Below, one piece after another: positions 26,901 through 40,179 of a stretch of DNA of 64,000 nucleotides. A program made the position numbers and the translations under genes. The DNA comes from Octopus sinensis. Lineage: Eukaryota. The notes beneath the pieces are model-generated. The model did not search any database, had not been told where the DNA came from, and saw only the letters and a list, made by a program, of their open reading frames with translations. Numbering within the stretch: position 1 is the first letter of the stretch; every line of letters starts with the position of its first letter. The DNA is taken from assembly GCF_006345805.1 (NCBI RefSeq), contig NC_043001.1, forward strand, positions 33,604,001 through 33,668,000, given 5' to 3'.

Positions 26901-27849
26901 TCGGATGGTTCTCTTACGTACCACCGGCACTGGTATCACAGCTGCTATTTATTTTTATTGTTGTCCAACTATAAAACAAGGTCAGGAATACTGTTGAGGT
27001 GCAACAGGTTAAGATAAACATACATCGACTAAAGAGAGAAATATATACATATATGGAAAAAAGGAAACTGATAACATTGCTTGGGCAAGGTCTTGAACAA
27101 AATAACAACCATTTACAGATGTTCAAGAGATACTCGCTGATAAAAGATCATTCACACTGAACAGATTGACTATCTGCAATTCCAAGATCTTATTAAAATT
27201 TTTTTTTCTTTGTGTTTTTTTTTTTTTTTTTTTTTGCAACTGTTTTGATATGTTTGCATAGAGGCTTCGTCATTTTAAAGTTTTTCTATAATGATATGGG
27301 CTGGATGGGTCACACAATATCTCACCATTCATTGAGGTCCTTCATTCTTTGGCATGCATGGCAATAACGAAAATCAACTATCTGTAGAGGTGGTGCTGGT
27401 GATGGTTGTAGTGGTACTGGTAGTTACGTCAATAATGGTGATAATGGGGTGGTCATAATGATGATGATGATAATGATGCTGAAGGTGCTAGTGTTGGTGC
27501 TGGGGATGGTGGTGATGATGTTATACTCTTTTACCCTTTTACTTGTTTCAGTCATTTGACTGCAGCCATGCTGGAGCACCGCCTTTAGTCAAGCAAATCG
27601 ACCCCAGGACTTATTCTTTATAAGCCAAGTAACTTATTCTATCAGTCTCTCTTGACGAACTGCTACGTCAGGATGATCATCATCATCATCATCATCATCA
27701 TTTAGCGTCCGTTTTCCATGCTAGCATGGGTTGGACGGTTCAACTGGGGTCTGGGGAGCCCGAAGGCTGCACCAGGCCAGTCAGATCTGGCAGTGTTTCT
27801 ACAGCTGGATGCCCTTCCTAACGCCAACCACTCCGAGAGTGTAGTGGGT

Positions 27850-29172
27850 GATTTTATGTGCCACCGACACAGGTGCCAGACGAGGCTGGCGAACGGCCAC
27901 GCTCGGATGGTGTTTTTATGTGCCACCGACACAGGTGCCAGACGAGGCTGGCAGACGGCCACGCTCGGATGGTGTTTTTATGTGCCACCGACACAGGTGC
28001 CAGATGAGGCTGGCGGACGGCCACGATCGGATGGTGTTTGTTACGTCCCCAAAGCACGGAGGCCAGTCTATGCGGTACTGGCTACGGCCACGTTCGGATG
28101 ATTTTCTTGTGTGCCACCGGCACTGGTACCACAAAGATACAAATTCCATTTATGTTCATCTATTTTGATTTGTTTTGATTTGATTTGATTTGATTTGATT
28201 TGATTTGATTTTCACTTGCCTCAACAGGTCTTCACAAGTTTCACAAGAAGGAAGGTATGCATAGGTGGACTGTCTACGTCGCCGGGTCTTCGGATGGTGT
28301 CTTTATGTGCCACCGACACAGGTGCCAGATGTGGCTGGCGAACGGCCACGATCGGATGGTTTTCTTGTGTGCCACCGGTACTGGAACCACAAAGATACAA
28401 ATTCCATTGATGTTCATCTATTTTGATTTGGTTTGATTTCACTTGCCTCAACAGGTCTTCACAAGTGTCACGCGTGTCACACACTTGCCTCAACAGGTCT
28501 CCACAAGTGTCACACACTTGCCTCTGCCTCAACAGGTCTTCACAAGTGTCACACACTTGCCTCTGCCTCAACAGGTCTTCACAAGTGTCATAAGAGGGAA
28601 GGTAAGCACAGGTGGACTGACTACGTCGCCGGGTCTTTGGATGGTGGTGGTGTTTTTATGTGCCACCGACACAGGTGCCAGGTGAGGCTGGCGAACGGCC
28701 ACGATCAGATGGTGTTTGTTGTGCCCACATCACGGAGGCCAGTCGACGGCCACGTTCGGATGGTTTTCTTGTGTGCCACCGGTACTGGAACCACAAAGAT
28801 ACAAATTCCATTGATATTCATCTATTTTGATTTGGTTTGATTTTCACTTGCCTCAACAGGTCTTCACAAGGGTCACACACTTGCCTCAACAGGTCTCCAC
28901 AAGTGTCACACACTTGCCTCTGCCTCAACAGGTCTTCACAAGTGTCACACACTTGCCTCAACAGGTCTTCACAAGTGTCATAAGAGGGAAGGTATGCACA
29001 GGTGGACTGACTACGTCGCCGGGTCTTCGGATGGTGTCTTTATGTGCCACCGGCACAGGTGCCAGATGAGGCTGGCGAACGGCCACGATCGGATGGTGTG
29101 TGTTGTGCCCACAGCACGGAGGCCAGTCGATGCGGTACTGGTTACGGCCACGTTTGGGTGGTTTTCTTGTGT
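27850..29172. repeat. Higher-order tandem array built from family-D subunits
   Basis: About 62-bp TGTGCCACCGACACAGGTGCCAG units, 33-39-bp CACTTGCCTCAACAGGTCTTCACAAG units and (TTTGA)n, re-iterated in larger blocks. Confidence 0.85.
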
Positions 29173-29299
29173 GGTAATAACTTTCTTAAACCTAAATGAA
29201 GCATCCATTCAGGAAAATAACAAAAAAAGCAACAAAACAAAACCCCAAAATAAAGAAGAAAGCCAATTAACTTTGATGTGTTGTTCTTTGATTTTTTAC

Positions 29300-29529
29300 C
29301 TTGAGAAACTGACTGCAGTGATCGAAGAGCTTCTACCGAGATGGTGGGGTCATCTTCAGTAGTAATCGAACTGCAGATGTTTTCAGTCTTGCTAACTTCA
29401 AACTTGATCCATTTATAAAGGGAACATTTCCGTGCACCAGGACAGCTCTGGATAAGGTTCTGTACAATCGGGTGTGACAACCCAAAAAACTCCGGACCAG
29501 CACCATGAGTGGCCACAAGGTCATAACCC
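29300..29529 (-). CDS. TBRG1: TBRG1 exon, FYRC (GPEFFGLSHPIVQNLIQSCPGARKC...)
   Basis: cctAG acceptor, CAAG|GTAAAA donor in phase 1, lies within ORF 29142..29651. Confidence 0.93.
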
Positions 29530-29684
29530 CTAGGTGAAATTAAAACAGAAAATATATTCAGTTTATTATTATTATTATTATTAACAACAACAACAACAAC
29601 AAAAACAACAAGGATATTCTCTGCCCTAGGTCTCAGGAAGACACACAGCAAGAAATGGAAACAGAATTGAAAGATGATAATGAA

Positions 29685-29719
<35 letters not shown>

Positions 29720-30873
29720 AAATCGTTTCTATTATAGGTACAAGGCCTGAAATTTTGGGGGAGGGGAGCAGTTAATTACATCAATCCCAGTGCCCAACTG
29801 GTACTTATTTTATCGAACCCAAAAGGGTGAAAGTCAAAGCAGAATTTGAACTCAAACTGTAAAGATGGATGAAATGCCACTATGCATTTTGCCCCGCATG
29901 CTAATGATTCTGCTATCTTTTGCACAAGGCAAAGTTCATTGAGGCAGATGTTTTATGACTGAGTGCTCTTCCTATTGCCAACCCTCACCTATTTCCAAGC
30001 AAGGTAATGCTTTTCCTTGCCTGACCATGTTATCTGGGAAGAGCAAAATGAATGACAGCTTGTAATAGTTGTGTTACTCCTGTACAGGTCCTCTGTGATG
30101 TCAAGACAAGGAGGCACAAACACACACGTCATCATCATCATTTATTGTTTAACATCCAATTTCCATGCTGGCATGGGTTGGATGATTTAACTGAGGTCTG
30201 AAGAGCCAACAGCTGCACCAGGCTCCAATCTGATCTGGTAATATTCCTACAGCTGGATGCCCTTCCTAATGCCAACCACTCTGAGAGTGTAGTGGGTGCT
30301 TTTACATGCCACCGGCATGAGGGCCAGTCAGGCAGAACTGGCAATGGCCACGCTCAAATGGTGTTTTTATGTGTCACCTGCACAGGAGCCAGTCCAGTGG
30401 CACAGGCAACGCCCTCGATTGAATGTTGTTTTTCACGTACTACCGGCATAGGTGCCAGTAAGGGGACGCTGGTAACGATCACGCTCGAATGGTGCTTTTT
30501 ACGTGTACCAGCACGGAAGCCAGTCAGTGGCCCTAGCAACGATCACGCTCAGATGGTGCTCTTAGCGCTCCACTAGCATGGTGCTGTCATCGAAATTGAT
30601 GACAATCAAATTGTCATCAAATTGGCAAGCAGAGTTTGATTAACAGATCACTGGTGCCACAAACAACTGGCAGGCTGGGTAAAAATAAGTCAATAAATCT
30701 TGCCTCTTCTGACAAGTACAGCACATACACTGCAAAGTCAACAACAGATCTTCAAATCACTTTCCAATATAAAAATATTCTGGTAAATCAACCAAGAAAA
30801 TGATAATAATAAAAAAAGAAAAGAAACAAAAAAATAACAAGATAAACAAAGACAGAAACTCCAATAAACTTAC

Positions 30874-30968
30874 CGTGATTGATTAATTAATTGTAGTAAT
30901 TTGCTGTGACATTCTGAGGGATCTCGGTGGCACAAAATTTGTTTTTGGTCATCAGCAGATATTTCAAA
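30874..30968 (-). CDS. TBRG1: TBRG1 exon (FEISADDQKQ...CHSKLLQLINQSR)
   Basis: tgcAG acceptor, CG|GTAAGT donor, start of FYRC. Confidence 0.93.
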
Positions 30969-31348
30969 CTGCAAATAAAAGAGAAATTATTAGCATAGTC
31001 AACTGATTCTCTGGTGCTGCCATTGTTATTAGTCACTGAAATACAGTGATTCTAAGGGGACAATGTATGACAGAAAAAGTGGAATTGAATAATGGTGAAT
31101 AATGACTGACAAAAAAAAAGGAAAAGACAAAACAGGATGTGAAGGGACATAACCAAGATGAATTGAAGTTCAAGTTACTTTCATATTGCTTTTGTATTTT
31201 GTTTTGCAATATTCTTGATGTGAATTTGTGTGCTGAAACAAAAATGTTACATCTCAGGGAAATCATTTTGCCAATCATATTAAGACAAGCACAGGTTCAA
31301 TTTCACTTCTTTATATTAGTCAATTAGTTAAGTATCTATCTAACTATA

Positions 31349-31513
31349 CACTGTATTTTAACATGTATAAGGAACACCCTAATTTTGGGGGATTAAAATT
31401 TGGAAAAAGCTTTTGTAAGGGATTATAATACTATCCATGTATAAGAAACTCCCACATTTTTTAAACCTAAGTTTTGACAAAAACGGGTTCCTTCTACACG
31501 TTAAAATACACTA
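31349..31513. mobile_element. pogo/Tigger-like MITE; a related partial copy lies at 60374-60515
   Basis: TGTATTTTAACATGTATAAGGAAC ... GTTCCTTCTACACGTTAAAATACA terminal inverted repeats. Confidence 0.65.
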
Positions 31514-32253
31514 TATTAGAGTATATGTGTGTGTGTCATCGTCATCATCATCATCATTTAATGTCTACTTTCCACACTAGCATGGGTTGGACGATTTGAT
31601 TGAAGACTGGCGAACCAGATGGCTGCACCAGGCTCCAATCTTGATCTGGCAGAGTTTCTACAGCTGGATGCACTTCCTAACACCAACCACTCCGATGTGT
31701 AGTGGATGCTTTTATGTGCCACCGGCACGAGGGCCAGTTAGGCAGTACTGGCAATGGCCACGCTCAAGTAGTGTTTTTTACGTGCCACCTGCACAGGAGC
31801 CAGTCCAGCGGCACTGACAACGACCTCGCTCGAATGTTTTTCACGTGCCAGTAAGGCGACGCTGGTAGCAATCACATTTGAATGGTGTTCTTTATGTGTC
31901 ACCAGTATGGAAGCCAGTCAGCTTGGATTGTACTCTAGCGCCCCACTCGCATGGGTGCCAGTCATCGAATTTGCAAATTTGATTTGATTTCGATTTCATT
32001 TGCCTCACCAGGTCTTTGCAAGCAAAATTTAATGTCCAATGTAGGAAAGGCACGCATAAGTGGGCTGATTACACCACTGGCGTAGACCACGAGTTATGGT
32101 CTCACTTGGCTTGTGTGTGTATATATATATATATACATAAAATTTTGAAATGTCCACTGATAAGTTGTTTCTTTGATTTAAAATTTAGTATTTGAGCAAT
32201 TAAAAGGGCATACTGATTTACAGTGATTAAGAAGAAGAAAAATTGCAACTTAC

Positions 32254-32400
32254 AAGTGGACCATTTCCACCATCTGATATACTACAAGTATAAAGACACT
32301 TCTGATCTGGATGCCGTGTGCTTACGTACAATCGGGTACTGCAGAAACCAATGGGGTAAATATGTTCCTCAGTATGGAAATTTGGTCGATCAGGAACAAT
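32254..32400 (-). CDS. TBRG1: TBRG1 exon, FYRN (IVPDRPNFH...IYPIGFCSTRLY...KCLYTCSISDGG)
   Basis: ttcAG acceptor, GTAAGT donor, 147 nt. Confidence 0.96.
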
Positions 32401-33058
32401 CTGAAATTGGAATATATATTAAGGTAAGAAGCATACTGGAAAAGCTGTGTTTAATGCATTTGGGAGAAGGGAGTTTGTTGGTTTAGAATAAAGCAAGTAG
32501 ATAAAGAAAGTGGGGGAAAATAGGCCAGAGAATACAATAAAGTAGATAGAGAAAGGCGAAAAGAAGATGTAAGGATGGAATAATTAAAGTAAGAATCCAG
32601 AGTTGAAGCCTCAAGTAGGAAAGGGTAGAGAACTCATGCAAAGTCAAATAGAAGAAGGCAGAGATCACATTCAACATTTTCTAGATGGAGAAATCGCTTT
32701 AGATTGTCACTGCCAGTGAAGATAATGAAAATGCATTTGTGATATTTACTGTTGTTGACAATGAGGAGAAGCAGAACATTCATGGTTTTTATCAACCATG
32801 AACATTCTTGTTAATCTTCATTTCATGTTGCTCCAATCTACTCAAACATAATGAGTATTAGCTAAGTGCTTGTGTAGTCTTCTTTCTCTCCAGCTGTCAT
32901 ATCCTAGACGTTTCATTGAATCAAGGGTAAAGGAGAGAGAGAGACAGTCTCTACATCTGCTTGTAGCTGCACAGCCAGGAGTACAATGCAATAACAATAC
33001 TTTAACACAAAGTAATAACAATCATATTAAAAATTTTCATAAATGAGTTGCTACTTAC

Positions 33059-33195
33059 TTCACCAAGGCTGTGAATTGTCAAGTCTCCAATGGATAATGG
33101 GAAAACGGGTCGTCCTAAAGGATCTAGAGGAATTGGTGGCACTATCTTTTTGCTACTGGCTTGTGTTTTGGCCTTTTTAGGTTTGGATTTCTCTT
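33059..33195 (-). CDS. TBRG1: TBRG1 exon (PIPLDPLGRPVFPLSIGDLTIHSLGE)
   Basis: ttcAG acceptor, GTAAGT donor, start of FYRN. Confidence 0.95.
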
Positions 33196-34659
33196 CTGAA
33201 ATAAGAAACAAAAATGGTTTAAAAGCCACAGGTAAAGGAATAATCAACAGAGGTCAGTATTGATATGAATCAGATTGAACTGAAGATAGAACTGATGTAA
33301 TTTGTTGTAGCATGTGATGAAGGACCGGGATTAGAAGATGTGGGGAAAATAAAGCAGTATGTGTTGGTGCCACGATAAAAGCACCCTGCACACACTGTAA
33401 AGTGGTTGGCATTAGAAAGAGCATCCAGCTGTAGAAACCAAGCCAAATCAGATTGGAACCTGGTTCAGTTCTCCTGCTTGGCAGCTCTGGTCAAACTATC
33501 CAACCCCTGCCAGCATGGAAAACGGATGTTAAATGATGATGATGATGACTGTAAGGCTGAAGTAGATATGATAGAATAACAAAGAGAAAGAAACCCATTA
33601 TATATATGTATATATCCCGTGCTGGTGGCACGTAAAAAGCAGCATTTGAGCATGACCGTAGCCAGCATCGCCTTACTGGCACATGAAAAACAACATTTGA
33701 GCGTGGTCATTGCCAGTGCCACTGGATTGGCTCCTGTGCAGGTAGCACATAAAAAACACCTTTTCCGTGTGGTCACTGCCAGAACTGCCTGATTAGACCC
33801 TCTGCTGGTGGCATGTAAAAGCACCCACTACACTCTCGGAGTGGTTGGCGTTAGGAAGGGCATCCAGCTGTAGAAACTTTGCCAGCTCAGACTGGAGCCT
33901 GGTGCAGCCTTCTGGGGTGCCAGTCCTCAGTCAAACCATCCAACTCATGCCAGCATGGAAAGCGGATGTTAAACGATGATGATGTCTGTGTATGAGAGAG
34001 AGAGAGTGAGTGAGTGAGTGAACGTTTGTCTCCTTGCCTTGACATTGCATGATAGTTGTAAGTGAGTATCATAGTCATTCATTATCATCATCATCATCAT
34101 TTGATGTCTGTTTTCCATGCTGGCATGGGTTGGATGGTTTGACAGGAGCTGGCCGGCCAGAGAGCTGCACGAGGCTCTTATTGTCTGTTTTAGCATGGGT
34201 TATAACGACTGAATGCCCTTCCTAACACCAACCACTTTACAGAGTGTACTGGGGGCTTTTTATGCGGCACCAGCTACAATTCTGCAAAAAAGTGTCTGGC
34301 CATGGAGAAATATTACCCTACTTGGAAACAGGTAAGGGTTGACAACAAGAAGGGCATCTAGCCACAGAAAATCTACCTCAGCAATCTTCATCTGACTCAT
34401 ACAAGCATGGATATGTGGATATAAAATGATGATGATGATGATGACAAGACCAGGTTTCAAGTTTCTTTCTCTCTCTCTCTTTCTTTCCCTCACCAGTCTC
34501 AGGGGCGCCACACAGAATTATTGTGTACAGTACTCAGGTGCACTACAACTTATCAAAGGTGCATCTATAATATATAGAATTATGTACAAGTGTCAGGAAA
34601 GTGAAATGTGTATAAGTTATGATATACATGTGTGGATGCATATGGAGGGGGGGAGGATA

Positions 34660-34915
34660 TCAGGTGTAGCGTTGGTGAATTTCAGGAAGCATGGAGGTTT
34701 TAAAGGATGTAATGTCCCAGGAACTAACAACTGATGCAGGTAGTTTGTTCCGTGCTTTAGCAACTCTAGGTGTGAAAAAGTGTTTCCAAAAGTCATGGGA
34801 CGTGTGCTGTTTTCTGACTTTAGTAGGCATACCCACGTGTGTTAGACACATGGAGCTCAAAAAGGTGTTCAAGGTGGTTGTTGGCATGGTGGTTAATGAT
34901 TTTGTGGGTGTTTAT
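34660..34915 (-). mobile_element. CR1-type LINE 3' fragment
   Basis: KHFFTPRVAKARNKLPASVVSS...SFK peptide in ORF 34660..34887. Confidence 0.7.
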
Positions 34916-35275
34916 TAAGTCAGTTGCCAGGCATCGGAGCTTCAATGTATCTATACTCTTTACTCTTTTACTTGTTTCAGACATTTGACTGTGGCTATGC
35001 TGGAGCACCACCCTAAGTCGACCCCAGGACTTATTCTTTGTAAGCCTAGTACTTATTCTATCAGTCTCTTTTGCCAAACCGCTAAGTTACGGGGACGTAA
35101 ATACACCAGCATCAGTTGTCAAGCGATGTTGGGGGGACAAACACAGAAACACACACAAATACACATACATATATATAATCTCATTGCTATTGTGTAGTGT
35201 TTTAATAAAGTATATGATTCGGTATTATCTGATAGTTGATGATTGATTTAGATATATTTCTCCATTTTCTCATTT

Positions 35276-35320
<45 letters not shown>

Positions 35321-35659
35321 GACGGGCTTCTTTCAGTTTCCGTCTACCAAATCCACTCACAAGGCTTTGGTCGGCCTGAGGCTATAGTAGGAGACACTTG
35401 CTCGAGGTGCCACGCAGTGGGACTGAACCCGGAACCATGTAGTTGGTAAGCAAGCTACTTACCACACAGCCACTCCTTCACCTATCTATGCTCAAGGAAG
35501 CAATATATCACATGTGCTACTCTTCCTCTGTTAACTTAACCTATTGATTAAAGATGATCTCACAGCCAATTAATGGCTAGTATTCTGATAGCTTGCCAAA
35601 TCAGCCCCTTTACTCTTAATCCTCTCTTATGTCTACGTAGATCATCAAAGTTATCTTAC

Positions 35660-35904
35660 CAAGTAACTCTGTAACTGTTTTCTTTCTTTCGGTGAGTTTC
35701 TTTTTCACTTTTGGCTTGGCAGGCACTGCTGGTGCTGCAGATGGTTCGGCAGGAGCTTGCTGAGGAGTAGGAACAGCGGTGGGCACTTTGAGTATAGTTG
35801 GGTATGTAGTGGTGGTTGTAGTAGTTGTAGTAACTGGCATCTTAACGTTGGCTAATGCTGGGTCAGTCATAGACTGGAACTGGAGAAGCTTATGGAGTAG
35901 AAAC
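35660..35904 (-). CDS. TBRG1: TBRG1 exon (FLLHKLLQFQ, poly-Thr/Pro-rich linker, basic KKK patch)
   Basis: tacAG acceptor, G|GTAAGA donor, overlaps ORF 35616..35870. Confidence 0.92.
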
Positions 35905-36870
35905 CTGTAGTTAAAATAAAATTTTAAAACTTATGATAAACAAAGCCAAAAGAAATGACTTACTTTATGGACTAAAGTAAGTCCGGTCGAACTGTCCAAC
36001 CCATGATAGCATGGAAAATGAATATTAAACGATGATGATGATGACTGTATTTACAGGGCCTTGGTTCTCAAGCGATCACTCACTTAGCTAATATCAAGGT
36101 TTTGCATTTCTTAACTCTGGTGATTGGAGAAGAATGTGTTCTCAATGTGAAGTACCTGTTGACAGATTGGATGAAGGATCAGCATCACACAAATGTGGAC
36201 AAACTCAAGATCATCCTGACGATATATGTCAATTAATTTTGTAAATAATAAAAAAATCATTAAGGTATATTGTAAAATAATTGACTTTCCATTATTAAGC
36301 TGATGAATGTGGTGAGCTAGCAAAATCATTACTGTGTTGGACAAAATGCTTAGCAGCATTTTATCTGTCTTTACATTCTGAGTTCAAATTCTGCTGAAGG
36401 CAACTTTGCCGTTCATCCTCTTAGGGTCAATGAAATAAGCACCACTTGGGAATTAAGGTCAATGTAATCAACTTGCCCACCACCCCACAAAATTTCAGTT
36501 CTTGTGCCTATAATAGAAAGGATTATTAAGCTGATGTTAGGAATTTAACTAAAAGAAAGACTCCAGCACAAAATTGTAAGATTTTAATTTATATGGCAAC
36601 ACTTTAAAATGAAATTTTTTTTTATCATAGAACTAAGGGTAGCCACAAGCAGGTAAGTATAAAAAGAGTTGAATATTAATTTATAAATGAAATACTCTTT
36701 ATATGCATAAAATAACTGCATATGTATACACAAGTTGTGTAGGCCCAAACATATCACTATATACACTAAAACAAACTCTCCTTTCATTTTAGAAGCAGGT
36801 TAAATCTATTTCAGTTACCAGCTCAATGTCAAGACAAAGTAATACTCACTCACACACACACATACATCTA

Positions 36871-37115
36871 TATCAGGTCATCCCATAAGTTCTGTCCGAA
36901 TTTTGAATAAAGAAAACAAGTAATCAAATTTTATATTTAATTGAAATTTAATCCTCAATGTACTTTTCATGATTATCTATGACTTCCTCCCATCTATTTA
37001 TAAGCTTTTTAATCCCCATCAATGTAAAACTCTTTTGGTTTCAAAGCGAAGAACTCTGAAATGTCAGTTTCGACCTCCTCCTGGCTTGCAAAAGTTATGT
37101 CCCCCAAACGAGTCT
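36871..37115 (-). mobile_element. Mariner 3' end fragment with TIR
   Basis: FASQEEVETDISEFFALKPKEFY...LINRWEEVIDN on the minus strand; TATCAGGTCATCCCATAAGTTCTGTCCG terminus. Confidence 0.75.
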
Positions 37116-37948
37116 GTAAACTACGAAACAAATGGTAGTCTGAAGGAGCAAGGTCTGGAGAATAAGGTGATCTGCAGAGTTTCTACAGCTGGATGCCCTT
37201 CCTAGCACTGACCACTTAGCAAAGTGTGCAGCGTGCTTTTTACATGTCACCAACACAGATGTATTTATGCAGCACCAGTAATGGTGTGTTAATGTGGCAC
37301 CAGCACCTGAAAGGACAAGCCTGTAAGTGTGGAAGACAGCGATTTTACTTAGTTTGGTGCATCTTATCAAGTACAGCAAATCGTTACACCTCCCAGTCCA
37401 TTGTCATTTCCTCAGAAAGGCCCAGCATTTAAAGATCCTTTCTCACCACTTTGTCCCACATCTACCTGGGTCTACCCCTTCCACAGGTACCCACCACAAT
37501 CAGAGCTTGGCACTTCTTTACACAGCTGTCCTCAGATTATTATTTAACTCAAAGGTCCTCAGCACTACTGACAGAAAGCTGCTCTAGACCAATGACTCAC
37601 AGAGTGACCATCTGGCAACATTCATCATCATCGTTTAACGTCTGCTTTCCATGCTGGCATGGGTTGGACGGTTCAACTGGGGTCTGGGAAGCCAGAAGGC
37701 TGCACTAGGCCCAGTCTGATCTGGCAGTGTTTCTACAGCTGGATGCCCTTCCTAACGCCAACCACTTCGTGAGTGTAGTGGGTGCTTTTTATGTGCCAGA
37801 CGAGGCTTGCAAACGGCCACGATCGGATGGTGCTTTTTACGTGCCACTGGCACGAATGCCAGTCGGGTGGCGCTGACTACGGCCATGTTCGGATGGTTCT
37901 CTTACATGCCACCGGCACTGGTATCGCAACATTGTGTTTGGATTTCAT

Positions 37949-38147
37949 TACTGTATTTTCCAGTATACAAGTTGACGTAATATATAGTGTAAACAATTAA
38001 ACATCATCACTGTCTTTCCGAATCCAGCTGCAGTTCACATGGAGTTTTTAATCCTCCAAAGTCATCTTGGTGTATAAGTCAATCTACTTCTTTTTGGCAG
38101 TAAATTTTTGTCAGAAAAATTTGACTTGTATGCTGGAAAATACAATA
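37949..38147. mobile_element. pogo/Tigger-like MITE abutting a TBRG1 donor site
   Basis: TACTGTATTTTCCAGTATACAAGT ... ACTTGTATGCTGGAAAATACAATA terminal inverted repeats. Confidence 0.65.
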
Positions 38148-38157
38148 ACAAACTTAC

Positions 38158-38228
38158 CTTCGTTCCTCCTTCACTTGTAAAACTTTTTCCTCTATTCTGA
38201 CCACCTCATCACATATAGCTGCATTCAC
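38158..38228 (-). CDS. TBRG1: TBRG1 exon (VNAAICDEVVRIEEKVLQVKEERR)
   Basis: ctAG acceptor, AG|GTAAGT donor, conserved coiled-coil motif. Confidence 0.95.
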
Positions 38229-38539
38229 CTAGAAAAAAGGAGGAGAGGGATAAAATAAAATAAAATTAAAATAAAATATAAAAAAAAACAAGAAAAATAA
38301 ACCACATTAACAAGTAATTTGAATGATAGTCATAAGTATAACAGTGTGGTTAAAAAGTTCATTTTACAATTCCATGGTTCTGGTTTAATCCCATTACATG
38401 GTGCCTTGAGGAAACCTTGTGTACTGTAAGTTCTGGCTGACCAATATTTCATGAAAGAAATAATTTGGTAACAGGAAACTGTGCAAAAGATTGCCAGATA
38501 AATGTGTGTGTGTGTGTGAGATTGTGCATATTGATATAT

Positions 38540-39110
38540 ATGGGCTGTGACTGCTGAGGACATGCAAAGGTATGAAAAAATGAGGCCAGTATGCTCTGCT
38601 GGGTGGCTAATTTCAGAGTGCATATACAACAGAGTGTAAGCGATTTGAGAGAAAAACTGGGTACATGGAGCATCAGATGTGTGCAAGAAAGAAGCGCTAG
38701 TACAGTCATATAATGCATATGAATGAAGACAGTTGCATTAAGAAGTGTCAAGCTCTAATTTGTGGAGTGAACATGTGGAAGGGGTAGATCTAGGAAGATG
38801 TGGAATGAAGTGGTTAAAAAGGATCTTCAGACGGTGGATCTCACAGAAAGGATGACAAGGGACCAAGACTTCTGGTGGTTTACTAGGCTTGAGAAGACAT
38901 GACAAGCTACATAAATATGTGGTTGCTCTTGCAGATAGGCATATACCCTACATCCCTCTTCAGCTGAGAGATCCTAATCTTGCAAGTTTGTGGGTGCCAG
39001 TGGCACGTAAAAAGCACCTGTGCCCGTGTTGTGTGAAGGCTTCCAGTACACTCAGTAAAGTGTTGGCATTAGGAACGGCATCCAGATACGAAAGCATGCA
39101 AAAATAGGCT
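38540..39110 (+). mobile_element. RTE-type LINE 3' fragment
   Basis: Colinear with 17110-17660. Confidence 0.75.
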
Positions 39111-39988
39111 TGGAACCCAGGCAGCTCTCCAGTTAACCAGCCCCTGCCCCAAAAAAGAAAACACCTAGTGCACACTGTAAAATGGTTGGTATTAGGAAGG
39201 GGTATCCAGCAATAGAAACCATATCAAAGCTGATACTGGAGCTCAATGCATATGATTTCACATCATTCAATGATGATGATGATGATGATATATATATATA
39301 TATATACATACATACAAATATATGTGTGTGTGTGTGTGTATTTACACAGACTGCCTGACTGGCCCTTGTGCCGGTGGCACGTAAAAGCACCCACTACACT
39401 CTCAGACTGGTTGGCGTTAGGAAGGGCATCCAGCTATAGAAACTTTGCCAGATCAGATTGAGCCTGGCATAGCCTCTGGCTCACCAGTCCTCTGTCAAAC
39501 TGTTCAACCCATTTCACTGAGGACTAGCAAGCCAGAAGGCTGTATCAGGCTCCAATCTGATCTGGCAAGGTTTTTCCAGCTGGATGCCTTTCCTAACACC
39601 AACCACTCCAAGAGTGTAGCAGGTGCTTTTTACATGCCACTGGCACAGGAGCCAGTCAGGCGGTATTGGCATCGACCACACTCGAATGCTACTTTTTACA
39701 TGCCACCTGCACAGGAGCCAGTCAGGAGGCACTGGCAACGGCCACGCTTGAACGGTACATGTATATAAATATGTGTATATGTGTATGTGTGTTTGTGTCT
39801 TTGCCCCACCCCACTATCATTTGACAAGCAATGTTGGTGTGTTTACGTGCCCATAACTTAGCGGTTCAGCAGAAGAGATCAATAAAATAAGTACCAGGCT
39901 TATAAAGAATAAGTTCTGGGATCGATTTGTTCAACTAAAGGCGGTGCTCCAGCATGGCCACAGTCAAATGATTGAAACAAGTAAAAGG

Positions 39989-40047
<59 letters not shown>

Positions 40048-40144
40048 ATCCAAACATGAAAACACAAAGAGAAAACACAACAACGCAAAGAGATGGAACA
40101 AATATAGCATTATTGGACGCTCAGGAAGGAAGGGAAGAAGAAGG

Positions 40145-40179
40145 GTTTTACGTTTCGAGTGGAGCTCTTCGTCAGAAAC
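40145..40179 (-). ncRNA. Minimal type I hammerhead ribozyme-like motif (Penelope-type)
   Basis: GUUU-CUGACGA-A-GAG(CUCCA)CUC-GAAA-CG-UA-AAAC: core nucleotides, stem I (4 bp), stem II (3 bp) and a palindromic ACGU stem III. Confidence 0.6.

Noticed and set aside
28440-28980. CRISPR-like array of 33-39-bp repeats
   Set aside because: Repeats are contiguous with no unique spacers, there are no cas genes, and the context is eukaryotic.
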